Shown in pieces: positions 41,135 through 51,199 of a stretch of DNA of 64,000 bases (positions are counted from its first letter, which is position 1; every line of letters begins with the position of its first letter). Origin of the DNA: an uncultured delta proteobacterium. Lineage in GTDB: Bacteria > Desulfobacterota > Desulfomonilia > UBA1062. The translations under genes and the position numbers were made by a program. The stretch spans positions 256,001 through 320,000 of the forward strand of contig CAWCTR010000007.1 in assembly GCA_963798485.1 (NCBI GenBank), written 5' to 3'. The notes beneath the pieces were generated by a model that had not been told where the DNA came from, did not search any database, and saw only the letters and a list, made by a program, of their open reading frames with translations.

Positions 41135-41776
41135 TTATGAAAGCGAAAGGGCTTTATTTATCCCGCTCCAGGCAAAGTAGACTGCAAGAAGAAGCAGGAA
41201 AACCGCACAAGTGCCTATGAGTGCCCGGTAATGGTTGTCGCTCAGGAACCTTCTCCCCTGTGCAATAGCCAGCGATACGGCGCTGTACCAGGCGAGATCA
41301 CCCAGGCCGTGTCCTATAAAGAAAAACACGATTCCTGAAATGCCGAATTGAGCGGAGAACAGGACATACCCGAGCCCTATGGTCGCCCACCATAGGCTCC
41401 AGTATGGGCTGGATATGCTGACGAGCATTCCCGTGAAAACGAGGTGAGGTCCGCCCTTGGTCTGCATGTCGGAGCGGATGCTCAGAGACGGGATGGACCG
41501 GAGCATTTGGGTACCCATCCAGGCAAGCATGACGCCCCCGATAATTGCTATTGCCGCAAAGACCCATTCCTGTTTGAGAAAAGGGGCCAGACCGAACATG
41601 AGCAGGACCACCAGTGCAAGCTCAAGCAGAAGGTGCCCCAGGACAAGGAGCGGTCCTGAGATAAAGCCCCTTTTCGTGCTCTCGCTTATGGTAACGCTCA
41701 TCAGAGGCCCAGGCATTGCCGCACCCGAGAGGGCAATGACAAAGGAGGTGACAAGGATGGTGATGAGTGTCAGCAC
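41135..41776 (-). CDS. LysE-family transporter
   Basis: 'ALSGAAMPGP', 'LGHLLLE', 'SPYWSLWWATIG'. Confidence 0.85.
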   Translation of the reverse strand: MLTLITILVTSFVIALSGAAMPGPLMSVTISESTKRGFISGPLLVLGHLLLELALVVLLMFGLAPFLKQEWVFAAIAIIGGVMLAWMGTQMLRSIPSLSIRSDMQTKGGPHLVFTGMLVSISSPYWSLWWATIGLGYVLFSAQFGISGIVFFFIGHGLGDLAWYSAVSLAIAQGRRFLSDNHYRALIGTCAVFLLLLAVYFAWSGINKALSLS

Positions 41777-41855
41777 TTATCTTCAAACCGGTGTGGCTTC
41801 CGTTTCTTCTTTACCTTTATACCAGGTCCGGGTTGCTTTCAAGGATATATTCTTT

Positions 41856-42893
41856 TTAGGGTGCAAGGGCGGGGTCGAACCATCTGAGGATGGCGTCGTT
41901 CTCCTCGCGCGGGTATGCATGGGAGAGGTCTGGCACGACCTTGAGCCTCACCTCCGCTCCTGCCGAAGAGATTTCTTTGCATGCCTTCATGGCCCGGCTC
42001 ACCGGGAACATCCAGTCTTGTGCGCCATGCACCCAGTAGACACGCCTGTCTTTGGCAAGTTCGAGGCTGGCAGGCGGCAGCACGCAGGAAACCGGCGCGA
42101 TGGCCTTTGCCGGGCAATCTCTCTGAAACCCGAAGCCCAGGGCAAAGGTCCCGCCGTCGGATATGCCGGTCATGAGTATGAGGGTTCTGTTAATGGTAAA
42201 GCGGGAGCATACCTCTTCCATATGCCGGATCAACTGCTTCGCATCCATGGATATATCCGCGATTGACCAGGTCCTTCCAAGGGAGGATGGAGCCATAAGG
42301 ATAAAACCCCTGCTTCTGGCCTCGCGAAGCCAGGTCCAGAGGAAGTCCCTGCCGTGGCCATAGCCCCCATGCAGGGCCACGACCAGTGGCAGGGGATGAT
42401 CAGGGCTGTAGGATTCCGGCGCAAAGAGGGAATAACCGCCCCGGGCATAGGGGTCTTGGATGGAGTGAAATAGCTGCGTTTTACCGGGCTGGTATGGTAC
42501 TACTCCTGGGACTGACTCCTCTTCGAGGAAGTACCGGTTGATCTGGGGGAAACCATCACAGAGATCAAAGAGCACTTCCTGGGCCTGGCAATGTTTTCTC
42601 ATGGCCCTGAGAACAGACATGAAGGCCTGGATGGCATCGTCGCCCGTGCCGAAGATCCTGATGGAATCCAGAATGAGCGTATAGGCATGTGTGAAGATCT
42701 GCCGGGTATGCTCATCCATAACAGGGCTGTCATGAGCCAGGAGAACATGCCGTACTGTCTCAAGGGGATCTTCATGTGCAAGGAGCTGTTTCTTAAGCGC
42801 AGGTATGGCAAGGGGGTGGAGTTGTCGCATCGCCTTTTCCATGGATGTCATTGCCTTGACAAGGGTGGATGGAACGGCTGAGAGGTCTGTCAT
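41856..42893 (-). CDS. Alpha/beta hydrolase (phospholipase/carboxylesterase-like)
   Basis: 'LVVALHGG', 'GISDGG', 'HGAQDWMFP', 'SHAYP'. Confidence 0.8.
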   Translation of the reverse strand: MTDLSAVPSTLVKAMTSMEKAMRQLHPLAIPALKKQLLAHEDPLETVRHVLLAHDSPVMDEHTRQIFTHAYTLILDSIRIFGTGDDAIQAFMSVLRAMRKHCQAQEVLFDLCDGFPQINRYFLEEESVPGVVPYQPGKTQLFHSIQDPYARGGYSLFAPESYSPDHPLPLVVALHGGYGHGRDFLWTWLREARSRGFILMAPSSLGRTWSIADISMDAKQLIRHMEEVCSRFTINRTLILMTGISDGGTFALGFGFQRDCPAKAIAPVSCVLPPASLELAKDRRVYWVHGAQDWMFPVSRAMKACKEISSAGAEVRLKVVPDLSHAYPREENDAILRWFDPALAP

Positions 42894-44035
42894 GGGCGTG
42901 CCCTTTTCCGGGTAATTTTTCCCTTGAGCACTTTTGGATAGTAGATGCCCATATCATCCAAGATCCTGTCTTTGTCCGTGGTGTTCACTGCATAGGTGAA
43001 GGCCAGATCCGCACCAATGAAGGCCTTGTGGGCCTTGCCTGCATACAGGAACAGCCCGGGCCTGTTCTTTTCAGGAGGTTGGTAGATGCACGTCGGGTCA
43101 GACCACGGTCCTGAAAGCCTGGCGGAAGAACGCACTGCCACACAGGAGTCCATGAGACTCAGAGTCTGGACCTGCAGATAACCCTTGATGCGCGGTTCAT
43201 AGTGAACCGTAAACTCCACCTGGGCGGCTTTGATGACCGGCACCGGCTTCAGGTCTGCAGGCTTTGCATCCATCCAGCCGGCCGCTGTTCCCATCCACCA
43301 CTGGGGCCTTGCAAGGTCGCCCCTGGAAACATCCTTAAGGGGCCACCTGAGGAGATATGCCGAATTGTCCTTCCAGCTTGTGCTGAAGGCATAGAGGAAT
43401 CCATCCCTGATAAGTATGCTCGACGACCCGACGAGGATCTCCCCGGTGGCTGGACAGGCAAGATCGTGAGATTTCCAGGCACCGGGATCTTTGAGCGGAT
43501 CAGCGACCAATACGGCCTTCCACCCGTCAGGGGTGAACCCGAGTTCGCGCTTCGATGCACGGACCTTTACCAGGAAGATGATCAGCGCCCTCTTAAGAAG
43601 TGTCCCTGAGCCCGGCCAGAACCACTCATCTCCCTCTTCAGGGAAAAAGGATGCAGGAATGCCACTCTTTGTCTTCCAGGCGAATCTCATGGATGCCTTT
43701 GCCGGGTTCCTGCCCGACTGGACAGCGATGCTGTTCCTCACCAGCACGGCATCCCGCCTGGAAGGAGAGCCCTTTGTGCCGATGAAGCTGTCGCCGAAGA
43801 GCCACAGCGATTTTCGAGCGCCCAGATCGATTGATGATGCCCCGTCACCGCCCAGCCAGCAGGGGTCGCTCCTGAAGAGATTCTCCGCCTCCTCCCAGTG
43901 CCCCACATCGATGTGGAATCCCGGTCCTTCCGGCTTCCGGCCTGCCTGGAGCAGGGCTGGGAGCCACGCGAACAGGGTGCACAGAAAGACAAATGTAAGG
44001 ATAGATTTCCGAATGTATCTCTGTGTCGATCTCAC
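42890..44035 (-). CDS. Secreted DUF4185/DUF5005-like beta-propeller protein
   Basis: Signal peptide, 'WLGGDGASS', 'LWLFGDSF', 'YAGKAH'. Confidence 0.6.
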   Translation of the reverse strand: MRSTQRYIRKSILTFVFLCTLFAWLPALLQAGRKPEGPGFHIDVGHWEEAENLFRSDPCWLGGDGASSIDLGARKSLWLFGDSFIGTKGSPSRRDAVLVRNSIAVQSGRNPAKASMRFAWKTKSGIPASFFPEEGDEWFWPGSGTLLKRALIIFLVKVRASKRELGFTPDGWKAVLVADPLKDPGAWKSHDLACPATGEILVGSSSILIRDGFLYAFSTSWKDNSAYLLRWPLKDVSRGDLARPQWWMGTAAGWMDAKPADLKPVPVIKAAQVEFTVHYEPRIKGYLQVQTLSLMDSCVAVRSSARLSGPWSDPTCIYQPPEKNRPGLFLYAGKAHKAFIGADLAFTYAVNTTDKDRILDDMGIYYPKVLKGKITRKRARP

Positions 44036-44040
44036 CTGTT

Positions 44041-44916
44041 TCAGGTGATCCTCACCCGGTACTTCCTGACGAATCCTGTCGGGTTGTAGGAAAGCTTGGC
44101 CTTGCGCAGACCTTCATCACCCAGGTCCTGCTCCCTGTTCACCAGGGAATAAGACCGGTTATGTTCAAGAAACATCTGGTTAATGGCCTGATATATACCG
44201 GTATATTCAGGCAGACCTTTCTCGAAATGGATGAGCAGCACATCTTCTCTGAACACCTCTGCAACCGTGAACGCTGCAGGATTGGCATTAACATGAATAA
44301 TCGCACCCTTTATACCTGATAACTCACCCCAGGCCTCCAACACCCGCTTGATGCAACGGTTTTCTGCAGCCAGCAGTTCAGTTGACTCGCAGTCCCGCCA
44401 GGCGCACCATTCTTCCTGCATTGCAAGGACAGTGTGTATATGAGATGGCGTGATGTCCTGATACCCGAAGGGGTACTTCTTCTTGAACTGGTTTAACAGG
44501 TTCTTCTTGCGGTGGAACTTGTTGCCTGAAAGGTCCACGAGTTCGGATACGGTATAGAGATAGTCCCAAAGCTCCCGGGCCTCTTCTGCCCGTACCCTGC
44601 CGGGCAGCGTTGCAACCCATTGGAAAAGGAGTTCTTCAGGGACCCGGATAAACCCAAGCTCATACATTTCAGGATTATTGAAGACTCCGGCCCATGAAAC
44701 GCCATCCCAAGGTCCGATCGGCGCCCACAAACAAGGCCCATGCCTGGTTTGTTTTATCCATACGAGCCCGTTGTCCCATGCCCAGGAAAGGCCATATTCT
44801 TCAGCCCATGCCCATAAATTGATGAAGCTGTAATCGGATGCTGTCACGCTCGATGCCGATATGAGCTCGAGATATTCTTGCTGCCGGGAAAGTGAAATCG
44901 GTTCAAAGGCCAGCAT
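44041..44916 (-). CDS. DUF2156 / aminoacyl-phosphatidylglycerol synthase C-terminal-like protein
   Basis: 'SDYSFINL', 'DYLY...L.GNKFHRKKN', 'HFEKG', 'NREQDLG..GLRKAKLSY'. Confidence 0.85.
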   Translation of the reverse strand: MLAFEPISLSRQQEYLELISASSVTASDYSFINLWAWAEEYGLSWAWDNGLVWIKQTRHGPCLWAPIGPWDGVSWAGVFNNPEMYELGFIRVPEELLFQWVATLPGRVRAEEARELWDYLYTVSELVDLSGNKFHRKKNLLNQFKKKYPFGYQDITPSHIHTVLAMQEEWCAWRDCESTELLAAENRCIKRVLEAWGELSGIKGAIIHVNANPAAFTVAEVFREDVLLIHFEKGLPEYTGIYQAINQMFLEHNRSYSLVNREQDLGDEGLRKAKLSYNPTGFVRKYRVRIT

Positions 44917-45000
44917 GGGTTCTCCTCACTGCCGGGAGCATAATGTGACTATATGTCTGAAGTGTTGGATAAAGATCAATAGGGAATAGGTCTTTCCTGA

Positions 45001-46029
45001 TCACTGGGTTGTCTTATCCACGTATTCGGCGATCTGACCCATGATTGCAGTCATATCATCAGTCTTGAGCCTTAAAATGGTCATGGCATCTTTGTGCATA
45101 TGATACAGCATCCCGTCTATCCCTGAGCCGATACCGCTCATCATTGCAATGGCATCGGCCATATGCACTATGAAAGAGAGAATATCGCCCTTAGCCGGGG
45201 TAGGGTCATGGTGATGCCTGATGGCAAATGAAATCTGTGCCGGGATATGCCACTGCTCGCAGGCCTCCGAAGCAAGCTCGGCATGATCGAACCCGAGGAC
45301 GTTCTTTTCAGCATTCAGAAAGCTTTCTTTCCCCTCATTCACAAAGGCCTTGAAGGTGTCTTTGCGCTCTTCGATATAAGGGTCGAGGATGATCTTGCCG
45401 GCATCATGGATCAACCCGGCTGAGAATGCATCCTGCTCCAGAGAAGGGTTCACCTTGCGCGCAATGATCTGAGACCCGGCTGCTACGGCCAGGGAATGCG
45501 CCCAGAGCTCGCCGGCATCAAGGTCATAACCGGTTAATGTCTTTCCGAGGATCTCGGAGGAGCACGCGAGATTGAGGATCTCCATGAGGGTCTTTACCCC
45601 CAGTACAACTGAAGCGTGCTGTACCGAAGACACCTTTCCCGAAAGGCCATAGTAGGGGGAGTTGGCGATCTTCAGGATACGCGTGACAATGGCCTGGTCC
45701 GTCTCGATGACCTTGGCGAGATCAGAAAAGCTTGAAGAAGGGTTGGCTATAATCTCTCTTGCCTTCTGGGCCACCTGCGGCATGGGCGGCAGGTCTTTCA
45801 ATGATCCTAATATTCGTTTTTTGAGGTCTGCGCTGTCGGAAGGGGTGATATCCGGGGTTGATCCCCGATCTTTGTCCTTATCTGCCGGGGCCTGGGTTTG
45901 CTTATTCGGTTTCAGGATAATTGAACCTTTGCAGTTTGGGCAGGGTATGGTTACGCTTTGTGTTATACCTTGAAGGCGTTCATCAGGGATTATGTATTCT
46001 TTTGAACATTTAGGGCAGCGAATCTTCAT
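45001..46029 (-). CDS. Zinc-ribbon plus HDOD domain protein
   Basis: 'CPKC...CPNC', 'LPPMP', 'LKIANSPYYG', 'HSL', 'LIHDAGK'. Confidence 0.88.
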   Translation of the reverse strand: MKIRCPKCSKEYIIPDERLQGITQSVTIPCPNCKGSIILKPNKQTQAPADKDKDRGSTPDITPSDSADLKKRILGSLKDLPPMPQVAQKAREIIANPSSSFSDLAKVIETDQAIVTRILKIANSPYYGLSGKVSSVQHASVVLGVKTLMEILNLACSSEILGKTLTGYDLDAGELWAHSLAVAAGSQIIARKVNPSLEQDAFSAGLIHDAGKIILDPYIEERKDTFKAFVNEGKESFLNAEKNVLGFDHAELASEACEQWHIPAQISFAIRHHHDPTPAKGDILSFIVHMADAIAMMSGIGSGIDGMLYHMHKDAMTILRLKTDDMTAIMGQIAEYVDKTTQ

Positions 46030-46180
46030 CTGATATACCCTCCGATGTCTTGTTCCCTCACCGGCTTTGCATACCGGGAAGGCAAATCCGGCGTATTATC
46101 AGTATGTCCGGTGATTCCTGGGATCATTCCATTGGTCATAGCATCTATCCCTGAGAATTTAATCATTTTGTCTGCGTGCA

Positions 46181-46618
46181 TCACGAAATTTTAATCTTGC
46201 CCTCGTCCACATTCAGGATCATGGTGCGAAGCTTGGTTCCGCCTATGTTTTCTATCTTTACGTCGAGTTTTTTGTCCGCAAGGATCTCCTTCACCTGAAT
46301 AATAAGCCCGGCACCTACATCGTTCTGATCATTCGATGAAAGCAATGAAGCCCCTCCGGCAATGGCTACCGACACCTTCAGCGGGATGCTTCTTTTCATA
46401 AATTCCTGGACGGCATATTCTATGACCGTATCGGCGAAGTACGCAGGGTTATCCGCCCGTTGCCCTTTTGATTTCCCCCTCAGCACATGGAACCCTGCTG
46501 CAAATTTGTGCTGGGGGTTATAGAGGATGACGCCCACCCCGGTGGCGATCTTGTCGATCCACAAGACCCCCTCGTCGGCGAATTCACATCTCATGGGTTT
46601 TACTGCTGTTGTCTTCAT
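46181..46618 (-). CDS. CheD-like protein (catalytic Cys absent)
   Basis: 'FADT', 'IAGGA', 'IGG...RT' CheD pattern; 'IATGVGV' where CheD has 'LGSCV'. Confidence 0.7.
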   Translation of the reverse strand: MKTTAVKPMRCEFADEGVLWIDKIATGVGVILYNPQHKFAAGFHVLRGKSKGQRADNPAYFADTVIEYAVQEFMKRSIPLKVSVAIAGGASLLSSNDQNDVGAGLIIQVKEILADKKLDVKIENIGGTKLRTMILNVDEGKIKIS

Positions 46619-46940
46619 ACCTTTTCTGGTACCTTCCTGTATCTTAACATCTTAAAATACCATTCAGTATTCAGAGCTATCACATATCAATTCGGGAGAC
46701 AAATTTTATTTAACCATAGATGGAATAGAGCAGGTCGGTTACATACTTGATGTCGATCCGGCGGAATTTCTTTTCGTCCCTGGAGAGATACATAAAGCTC
46801 TTTTTGCACGTAACGACAAACTGTTCTTTCACACCCATAAATCTTGACTTGACCCATGCCCATCGATACTATGGTATTCAAGCATCATGATATTTTCAGC
46901 GCTCCGGAATTGCAGTGATATTCATAACGAGGGGGGATAT

Positions 46941-47573
46941 ATGACCGAATCTTCAGCCAAGGCACTTTCAATCCTCAGGGACCCGTCCCAATTCCAGTGG
47001 TACCTTATCCCGCTGCTGCTCATCATCATCTACATCTATCACAACGAGGCACGGCACAAGAACTTTAACTCCATCTTTGCCGGCCTCGCCCTGTGGGGCT
47101 GCGACTGGTTCAACGAGATCTGGAATGCGCTTGTTTTCCACTTTACCCAGTTTGCCCCTGTATGGGGGGCGCCTGCCAAGACGGCATACCTCATCCTCAT
47201 CGGGCTCAATATCGAGATCTGCATGATGTTCTCTATTATGGGGGTCGCCACCACCATCATGCTGCCTGAAGACAAGGACATGAAGATCCTGGGCCTGCCG
47301 AACCGCTGGTTTTTCATGATCGCCTTCACAACCCTTTCCGTCATTGTTGAGATCATCCTGAATGCCATCGGCGCGCTCACGTGGGACTACTCCTGGTGGA
47401 ATGCCAAGGCGCCCTGGCTCATCTGGATCGCAGGGTACTTCTACTTCTACTTCGTGGCCTACTGGGTCTACGACATGAAGACCATCAAGGCCAAGGCCAT
47501 CACCGTCGGAGCCATCCTGGGTTTTGACCTCGCCTTGCTCATCGTGTTCATGGGCATACTAAAGTGGATATAG
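46941..47573 (+). CDS. Conserved integral membrane protein
   Basis: Several TM helices, RBS GAGGGG, host-like codon usage. Confidence 0.7.
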   Translation: MTESSAKALSILRDPSQFQWYLIPLLLIIIYIYHNEARHKNFNSIFAGLALWGCDWFNEIWNALVFHFTQFAPVWGAPAKTAYLILIGLNIEICMMFSIMGVATTIMLPEDKDMKILGLPNRWFFMIAFTTLSVIVEIILNAIGALTWDYSWWNAKAPWLIWIAGYFYFYFVAYWVYDMKTIKAKAITVGAILGFDLALLIVFMGILKWI

Positions 47574-47679
47574 AAATTTAGGTTCACTCATAATAGTGCT
47601 TAAGCTAATCCGGATTATGTCGAAGAGTATAATAGGTTCTTCAAGTAATTCCCCATAGAACCTCCTCATTTTACAGGCC

Positions 47680-50613
47680 TTAACCGGCCTGTTTTTTTTC
47701 ATAATATACTGCGGCTCGCGCTACTGACTCGATCGCAATGGCCGCTACTGCCGCTCCATAGTCAAGATCAATATTGGACATGTTGTCCTGAGTGTCGTGG
47801 TAGCCTACTCGACTAATGTCATAATCCTCCATAAAGAGCACCACCGGAATTCCCACATCAGAAAAGATCTGACCATCAGTGTTAAAAAGCGAACTACGCA
47901 TATCACGCGGAAGACGGACTTCTCCATGCAAGCGCGGGTGCTGGGCAAGCGCCGGAATAGTTAGGCCGTCGGAACTGCGATACCCGGGTCCGCTCTTGCG
48001 GCGCTCAAAGCGTCTGTTCCACTTTTCTATTCCCGTGTTCCATATCATATTTGCTTGGTGCGCCTGATATGCCAAGCTGAAAGATTGCGGACTAAGGCCG
48101 GGCGAAATCTGAAAAACATAGTGGTCATGATCACGGTTGTGGGCGATCATGTCGAGCACATAAATACCTTCGACCTTCACCCTCGATAGATCAACTGATT
48201 TTTGACCTGGAATACGCAACCTCAGGGAACGTTCCATCAATCCCTGTGCAAGGTGTCTTGCCCCTAAACAATCCGATGGGAACTCTTCGCCGGTCAGGTG
48301 CACCAGCCAGATGTCGCAATTTAATTGCCCGGCCTGGCTGAGCTGCATGAAAACCGGTGCTGAGAGCATGAGTGCAGCGGTTGCGGAGTGATTGTCATCC
48401 GCACCGGCAGAGGCGATGCGGGCAAGTGTGCCCCCGAGCTTTTTATAATAAAGATCTTCCATATAAGCCGTGTCGTAGTGATCGGCCATTATTACTGCGT
48501 GTCCGCGATCCTTTCCCGGGATCGTAATCAACAGATTGCGCTCATACTCTTTACCCGATTGATTGGCTGTCCAACCACCCATCCATGAAAAATCGAAATC
48601 AGTATGCCACTGAAATGGCAAATCACCTGCCAGGGCTTTGCCTTGCATCCCGTATTTGATGATGATCCTTCGATAGTAGGAAAGAAGCCAGTCACCAAGT
48701 GCACCCAGATCACGTTTCTTGTGCTTAAGTAGCCTTTGCGATGCTGAATCGGTTATGCAATCAGCAGTGTCTTTGTTGATGAAGCGACCTCTTGCCAGCT
48801 TGGCGATAGTCTTCCAGTATTCGACCTCAAAGGCGCGCTTTGCCGTGTATTGAAAAGTTATCGGTTCGGGCAATGAATGCAAAGACGTGTCGTCTTGAGA
48901 AGCAATGATCCTGCGCAAGGTGTTCTGCAGCAGGTCCCCATATGCATTCGGGCTGTTCCCTGCAGCTACCTGATCAAGCCACTCTTTGATGGTTTGATCC
49001 TTCGGGATATTCAGAATAGCCCTTGCAAAATCACTGGGCAATTCACTTCGACCCAAAAAATCAGAGACCTCCATGAGCTTGTGGACATTCAGTGCAACCT
49101 GGTGTTCGTGATGATCATAAGCCTTCTCATAACCGCGCATAGTTGCCAGATACTCCGGGCGATGTAACAACTCGGGCCAGAGCTCAACAGGCCTCGCCAA
49201 GCCGGGTTTATCGCTGTTATAAGCCGTAAGATATCCTGATGGCGCATCATTCAGCAGTTGAGGTTTGCGCGACCTTGGGCCAAGAAAGGCCACCAGGGGG
49301 AGATGCCAGAAAACCTCGTATTTTCCCACCCGCATCGGTGGGAAATAAAAACGGTAGCCGAACCTGCCACCTTTGCGCAATGCCTGGGCAGCGTTGATCA
49401 GCTCTTTACGGCCGGCGCGTGGCCCATCCAGAAGCAGTTCATACTGCTCGTTCCAGATCTGGGAGTTCCGTGCCATGGGCTTGCCGTAAAGTTCTACAAC
49501 CCCCGGGTCAGAGCTGAACAGCACATGTGCTAGACGGTCTTCTCCTTCGGATACAGCAAGATCATCCTGGAAGCGTTCAACGCGCTCCCAGCGATGGGTC
49601 CGCCGATAGGTGTTGCGCAACTTATCCTGAATTTGCCCTAACTCGGATTTATCGATTCGCGGTTCGTGCAACCAGCCTGACTGCGGAATTCGTAACCCGC
49701 GCAGTGCTTCATGACGTTCGCAGACGTTGAGCAGGGGGATCTGCATTGCCAATGGAAGTTCTCGCTGCAACTTTATAAAAGGGGGAGTACCCCAAAAGAT
49801 CAGGCTTTTGGGGCAGGGGAGAAGATGAAGATCACCTGCTAAATAAGCCTTCCGAACCTTTTGCGGCAAAGTCCCGAATGGCCGGAAGGTAAGGAGGTAT
49901 TTCACCCCCGTAAGAGATTCCCGCTCCTTGAACAGGAATGGTTTTGTCCAACTTGGCAAGGGGTCTTGCCGCCAGAGCCTGCAGTCCGTTTCTCCTGAGC
50001 CTTCCATGACACGGAAGCCTGTGCGGTGCAGATCGGTCAGCTGCTCTTTCGTCTCTTGGTATGCAGCCTGCAGTAACCGGCGCACGAAATCCAGGGCATA
50101 ATCGACAGGTCGTTCCCGGCCGGGAGCGTAATAGAAGCTCTTCCAGAAGGCGCGATCCGGTCCTTGCTCACTACTGCCAAAGAACGTCCAGCGCACGCGC
50201 CCCTTGTCATCTTGTGTTTTCGAGAGGGCCAGCGGCAAGAGGATCACATTCCGTTCATGTGGGAGATTATCAGATTGCCCGGCCAGCTCCTTAGGCCAGT
50301 AACAGTTCCCTTCGAGTTTGGTTCGGTTGATGCCATATGCCGGCTGTTCCTGTTCGAGATGTTGTAAAACGTGCAATACCTCTCCTGCTATGGACTGGAG
50401 ACCCGGTGTCAACTCAAGGGCCTGTTCACGTTCACTCACCAGCCAGTTAAAAGGGTTTTCGGGATTACGCGGCGCACGATGGTTCATTCCATATGGGCGC
50501 CACCCAATGCGCGGCGGCGGCATGAATTCGGAATAAGCCATGATTTGGGAATGCCCTTTCAAGCGATCATAGGGGACATCACTCAATATCTTTTCCCAGC
50601 CTTGCTTGGGCAT
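47680..50613 (-). CDS. Large M28-family metallopeptidase (977 aa) with uncharacterised N-terminal region
   Basis: C-terminal 'DHYDT', 'GADDNHSA', 'TGEEF', 'LDMI', 'YHDTQD'; RBS GAGGAGG before ATG 50613. Confidence 0.75.
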   Translation of the reverse strand: MPKQGWEKILSDVPYDRLKGHSQIMAYSEFMPPPRIGWRPYGMNHRAPRNPENPFNWLVSEREQALELTPGLQSIAGEVLHVLQHLEQEQPAYGINRTKLEGNCYWPKELAGQSDNLPHERNVILLPLALSKTQDDKGRVRWTFFGSSEQGPDRAFWKSFYYAPGRERPVDYALDFVRRLLQAAYQETKEQLTDLHRTGFRVMEGSGETDCRLWRQDPLPSWTKPFLFKERESLTGVKYLLTFRPFGTLPQKVRKAYLAGDLHLLPCPKSLIFWGTPPFIKLQRELPLAMQIPLLNVCERHEALRGLRIPQSGWLHEPRIDKSELGQIQDKLRNTYRRTHRWERVERFQDDLAVSEGEDRLAHVLFSSDPGVVELYGKPMARNSQIWNEQYELLLDGPRAGRKELINAAQALRKGGRFGYRFYFPPMRVGKYEVFWHLPLVAFLGPRSRKPQLLNDAPSGYLTAYNSDKPGLARPVELWPELLHRPEYLATMRGYEKAYDHHEHQVALNVHKLMEVSDFLGRSELPSDFARAILNIPKDQTIKEWLDQVAAGNSPNAYGDLLQNTLRRIIASQDDTSLHSLPEPITFQYTAKRAFEVEYWKTIAKLARGRFINKDTADCITDSASQRLLKHKKRDLGALGDWLLSYYRRIIIKYGMQGKALAGDLPFQWHTDFDFSWMGGWTANQSGKEYERNLLITIPGKDRGHAVIMADHYDTAYMEDLYYKKLGGTLARIASAGADDNHSATAALMLSAPVFMQLSQAGQLNCDIWLVHLTGEEFPSDCLGARHLAQGLMERSLRLRIPGQKSVDLSRVKVEGIYVLDMIAHNRDHDHYVFQISPGLSPQSFSLAYQAHQANMIWNTGIEKWNRRFERRKSGPGYRSSDGLTIPALAQHPRLHGEVRLPRDMRSSLFNTDGQIFSDVGIPVVLFMEDYDISRVGYHDTQDNMSNIDLDYGAAVAAIAIESVARAAVYYEKKQAG

Positions 50614-51145
50614 TAAATACCTCCTCAGTACATGGGCTGACAGACTCCATATAATAATATGATTTTTGAATTTCAGGATCTTGCAGTCCAGGTTCCTGAT
50701 AGCCAGATGTATTGGAAAGTTTATTAACATCCACGATGTAGATGAGACGAACCGGGGCCTTAGCTCCAAAATTCGCCTGGCCGTGACCAATTGCCAGGTC
50801 GCGCAGATCACCCGCAACAACTGGAACCAGCCTGTGATGAAACGCATCATATAATAAAATCCCTTCCTGCATGGCAACATAAAGATCAATTTCCTGTGAG
50901 TTACTTGCTGACGCAGCAGTTCTTCCAGGAATTCCAAATGGGCCTTTTTTACGGTTTACCCCACATGCTGCCCAGAGGAGATTTGAAAGCACTTGCAAAG
51001 AAAGTTTTTTATCACTCATTTCACGGATAGTTTTTCTTTGCTGTAATGCTTTTAATACTGATTTACCACGATCAAGTGTGGGTCTCGGTAGTTCGATCGA
51101 TAGCAGATTCTGTGAAGAACTTCTACCTAACGTTGTGTAATCCAT
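50579..51145 (-). pseudogene. Nitroreductase-family (SagB/ThcOx-like) gene, apparently 3'-truncated
   Basis: 'ALQQRKTIRE', 'LSNLLWAA.GVNR', 'RTAASASNSQEI'; similarity stops after 'QKSYYY' and frame runs into the peptidase start. Confidence 0.6.
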
Positions 51146-51199
51146 AATTGATTCTCCTGATGTCGGGTGGAATGAACCGAAATCAAAGAAGTCCGAATT

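Noticed and set aside
46050-46110. c-di-GMP-I riboswitch (ggcaaa / gcaaagcc words)
   Set aside because: Words are on opposite strands forming a simple hairpin; P2 GNRA and receptor order absent
50614-50937. N-terminal 108 aa of the 1085-aa ORF
   Set aside because: Overlaps the nitroreductase frame; strong RBS supports start at 50613
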